DNA of 64,000 nucleotides from a virus (taxonomy: Duplodnaviria > Caudoviricetes). The stretch is taken from positions 128,001 to 192,000 of IMG/VR virus record IMGVR_UViG_3300042090_001530, one strand, 5' to 3'. Positions 62,036 to 64,000 of this stretch are shown here, piece after piece. The first letter of the stretch is position 1; each line of letters opens with the position of its first letter. The notes below the pieces were generated by a model. It worked only from the letters and a program-made list of their open reading frames with translations, was not told where the DNA came from and ran no database searches. A program made the translations under genes and the position numbers.

Positions 62036-62362
62036 CGAGTCGCCGCCTCTGCGCTTCGGCGGACACTGTCGGGGTGGGCTGCTACCTTCAAGACAGGTGT
62101 GCTCCTTCGAGAGGGAGTCGGTCTGCGAGCTCGCAACTCGCTGATCATCGTTCGGCCCGGTCTTCGGACCGGGCCGGTCGTTTTTGCGCAATGGTCTAAC
62201 GTCTGATCATCGGACCCCATTGTCTCGCTTCCGAAGGTCAGCCGACGCGCGTTCGGGCACGCTAGGGCGAGCGAAAATCCGGCACGGATCGACGCACGCG
62301 CCTGACTTCGATCACGACCTCCGGGTACGGTGGATGGAGAGCCATCCATGGAGGGAACGCTC

Positions 62363-62650
62363 ATGACCGCAGCGCACACGGACACATTCCACGGCGCGCA
62401 CGCCGGGCCCGCGCAACTGCCGAACACGATCGCGGCGATCCGCGGGGCGCTGCCCGGCCGGCTGCTGCCGAAGTTCCAGGCCGAGCTCGACGACGCGATC
62501 GACGCCGCGGACCTCGCGGTGATCGACGACGTGAAGGGCCGTTGGTGGGCGCAGGCGATGCTGTTCCACGACCCGACGATCCGCGCTGACTTCGAGGCTG
62601 CGGGGCGTGGCGAGCTGGAGTTTTTCCCGTCGCCGTTCGCGAAGCGGTGA
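62363..62650 (+). CDS. DUF6247-like putative antitoxin
   Basis: PNTIAAIRGAL...FQAELDDA...VKGRWWAQA; GTGA-coupled to next ORF. Confidence 0.6.
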   Translation: MTAAHTDTFHGAHAGPAQLPNTIAAIRGALPGRLLPKFQAELDDAIDAADLAVIDDVKGRWWAQAMLFHDPTIRADFEAAGRGELEFFPSPFAKR

Positions 62651-62901
62651 GCCGGGCCGAGGACTTCTGGACGAAGCCCGCGCTCGACAGTCTCGCGGGC
62701 GTGCCGCTGGCGGAGCGGGATCAGATCGAGGCTTTGGTTGCGGAGATCTGCCGGGATCCGTTCGGGCGCGGCACTGCGGATCCGGAGGTTGAGGATCTGC
62801 TGGGTCGGATGCGGATCGCGGTGTCGCGGCGCGCGGTCGTGTATTACCAGGTCGTGGACGACGACGTCATCAAGATCACGCGCGTGTTCTGGCGGGCCTG
62901 A
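62647..62901 (+). CDS. RelE/ParE-like putative toxin
   Basis: ALDSLAGVP...EICRDPFGRG...RIAVSRRAVVYYQV...IKITRV. Confidence 0.6.
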   Translation: MSRAEDFWTKPALDSLAGVPLAERDQIEALVAEICRDPFGRGTADPEVEDLLGRMRIAVSRRAVVYYQVVDDDVIKITRVFWRA

Positions 62902-63024
62902 CCGGGGGGTGCTGAGCGGCCTGGTCTCGATTGGGCTACGGGTCGGGCATGTCTCTGACGGTGTGTCAGTTCGCTGGGTAGCCTCACGGTCGCCGAGAGT
63001 CGGCCCGTATTCGAGGGGGAGCCC

Positions 63025-64000
63025 GTGACCAGCCAGCCGTACCAGCCGCCTGTCGTACCGAAGCCGAAGATGTCCCGGGGCAAGAAAGCCGTCCTGTGGA
63101 TCGTCGGGGTGTTCGTGGGACTGGCCGTGATCGGCGCTATCGGCGACGCGACCGGGGCCGGGAAGAAGCAGAACGCCGCCAGCACGGCCGGCGCTGCGAG
63201 CGCGAGTTCCACGGCCGCCCGTGCGGCTGCGTCGAGCGTGAAGCCGTCCGCCGTGCCGTCGGCTGCCGTGAAGCGCGCCACGAGCCGCCCTGCGGCCTCT
63301 ACGGTGCCCGCGGACGGCGGCTCTTATCCGAACGCCGCCGCGATCCTCTCGAAGCTCTCTGCGGCCGGTCTCGCGTGTACTGCTCCCTCCCCGATGGCCG
63401 GGAACGCGGCGGTCCTGTTCGATCCGGGCGCGACCTCGCTTACCATCTGTGACTCGCCCGGCGGTACCGCGCAGGACACGCAGGTCACCGTGTTCGACAC
63501 GGCCGCGCACCTCGCGGCGTACGAGAAGACCGCCGACGCTAACGCGAGTTCCCAGGCGGTCGGGTTCCTCGCCGGGGCGAACTGGGCGATCGAGTCGACT
63601 CCGGCGTACGCCACAAGGGCGCACGCGAAGCTCGGCGGCGAGTTGACGATCGTCCCGGGCGCTGCTGCGGCGTCCGCGCCAGCCGCGTCTACCGGGACCT
63701 CGACACTCCTCAAGTCCGCTGGCCCGCTCGGCGCGTACGTCGCCAACGGCAGCGACGTGTACTGCGACCAGGCGACCGCGTACTACGAGCCGGACGGGGA
63801 CGGCGGGGTGAGGGTGCAGGTGTACTTCGACTCGTCTGGGATCCTCAATATCGACGCGACGAGTAAGAACGGGGACGCGGACGCGAGCCAGTCGTACACG
63901 CAGGGCACGCAGGGGCCGGCCGGGCATGAGTTCGACCTGACCGGGCTTGCGCCTGGCAATGTGAATGAGATCGATTTCGGGGTGACGTCCCCGCTCGGGG
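63025..64000 (+). CDS. Membrane-anchored secreted protein (3' end beyond window)
   Basis: GTG with GAGGGGGAG RBS; KKAVLWIVGVFVGLAVIGAIG transmembrane segment; Ala/Ser linker; frame open to the window end. Confidence 0.7.
   Translation, partial: MTSQPYQPPVVPKPKMSRGKKAVLWIVGVFVGLAVIGAIGDATGAGKKQNAASTAGAASASSTAARAAASSVKPSAVPSAAVKRATSRPAASTVPADGGSYPNAAAILSKLSAAGLACTAPSPMAGNAAVLFDPGATSLTICDSPGGTAQDTQVTVFDTAAHLAAYEKTADANASSQAVGFLAGANWAIESTPAYATRAHAKLGGELTIVPGAAAASAPAASTGTSTLLKSAGPLGAYVANGSDVYCDQATAYYEPDGDGGVRVQVYFDSSGILNIDATSKNGDADASQSYTQGTQGPAGHEFDLTGLAPGNVNEIDFGVTSPLG

Larger units (their letters stand above)
1..64000. mobile_element. Early/accessory arm of an actinobacterial phage, prophage or phage-like integrative element (partial)
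   Basis: Dense run of short co-oriented ORFs with ATGA/GTGA start-stop overlaps, many CxxC proteins and paralog families. Phage-type initiator, helicase and HTH at 58-62 kb. No housekeeping operons; no structural genes or integrase seen. Confidence 0.75.

Noticed and set aside
495-63927. Long Arg/Pro/Gly-rich ORFs opposite or overlapping real genes (e.g. 2810..4591, 6511..8112, 51667..53610, 59024..60460, 62032..63927)
   Set aside because: Shadow ORFs typical of ~70% GC DNA; no motifs, and they overlap better-supported genes.
1-64000. Virion, terminase, integrase, reverse transcriptase, Cas3/Cascade/Cas6, Ro60 or RNA ligase genes
   Set aside because: No diagnostic motifs were recognised; they may lie outside the window.

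Overview
High-GC actinobacterial (pro)phage-like or integrative-element DNA. It is an early/accessory arm of more than 100 short, often overlapping ORFs, mostly on the minus strand from ~60.4 kb down to ~4.9 kb, with no virion, terminase or integrase genes recognisable in the window. The replication end (58-62 kb) has a SNF2/HARP-like helicase, a small HTH repressor with operator repeats, and an initiator with internal iteron-like repeats. A DUF6247/RelE-like toxin-antitoxin pair follows. Cargo includes an intact IS200/IS605 element (tnpA+tnpB), cspA, a BldC-like HTH, RNA end-repair enzymes (Thg1-like, PNKP-type HAD phosphatase, Pol-beta nucleotidyltransferase), a GntR/anti-sigma/radical SAM/PIMT RiPP-like cassette and an orphan FxSxx-COOH precursor. 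Two loci stand out. (1) 49.6-53.3 kb: a 595-aa TnpB with all three RuvC catalytic residues substituted lies directly upstream of an 8-repeat type I-E-like CRISPR array and intact I-E cas1-cas2, with no Cascade/Cas3/Cas6 in the window. It is a candidate adaptive CRISPR-guided, nuclease-dead DNA binder or repressor. (2) 20.2-21.7 kb: a plus-strand island in which a conserved unknown protein is followed by a non-coding RNA made of two tandem circularly permuted tRNA-like modules, then a Zn-finger gene and a terminator. All family names come from motif recognition, not database searches.
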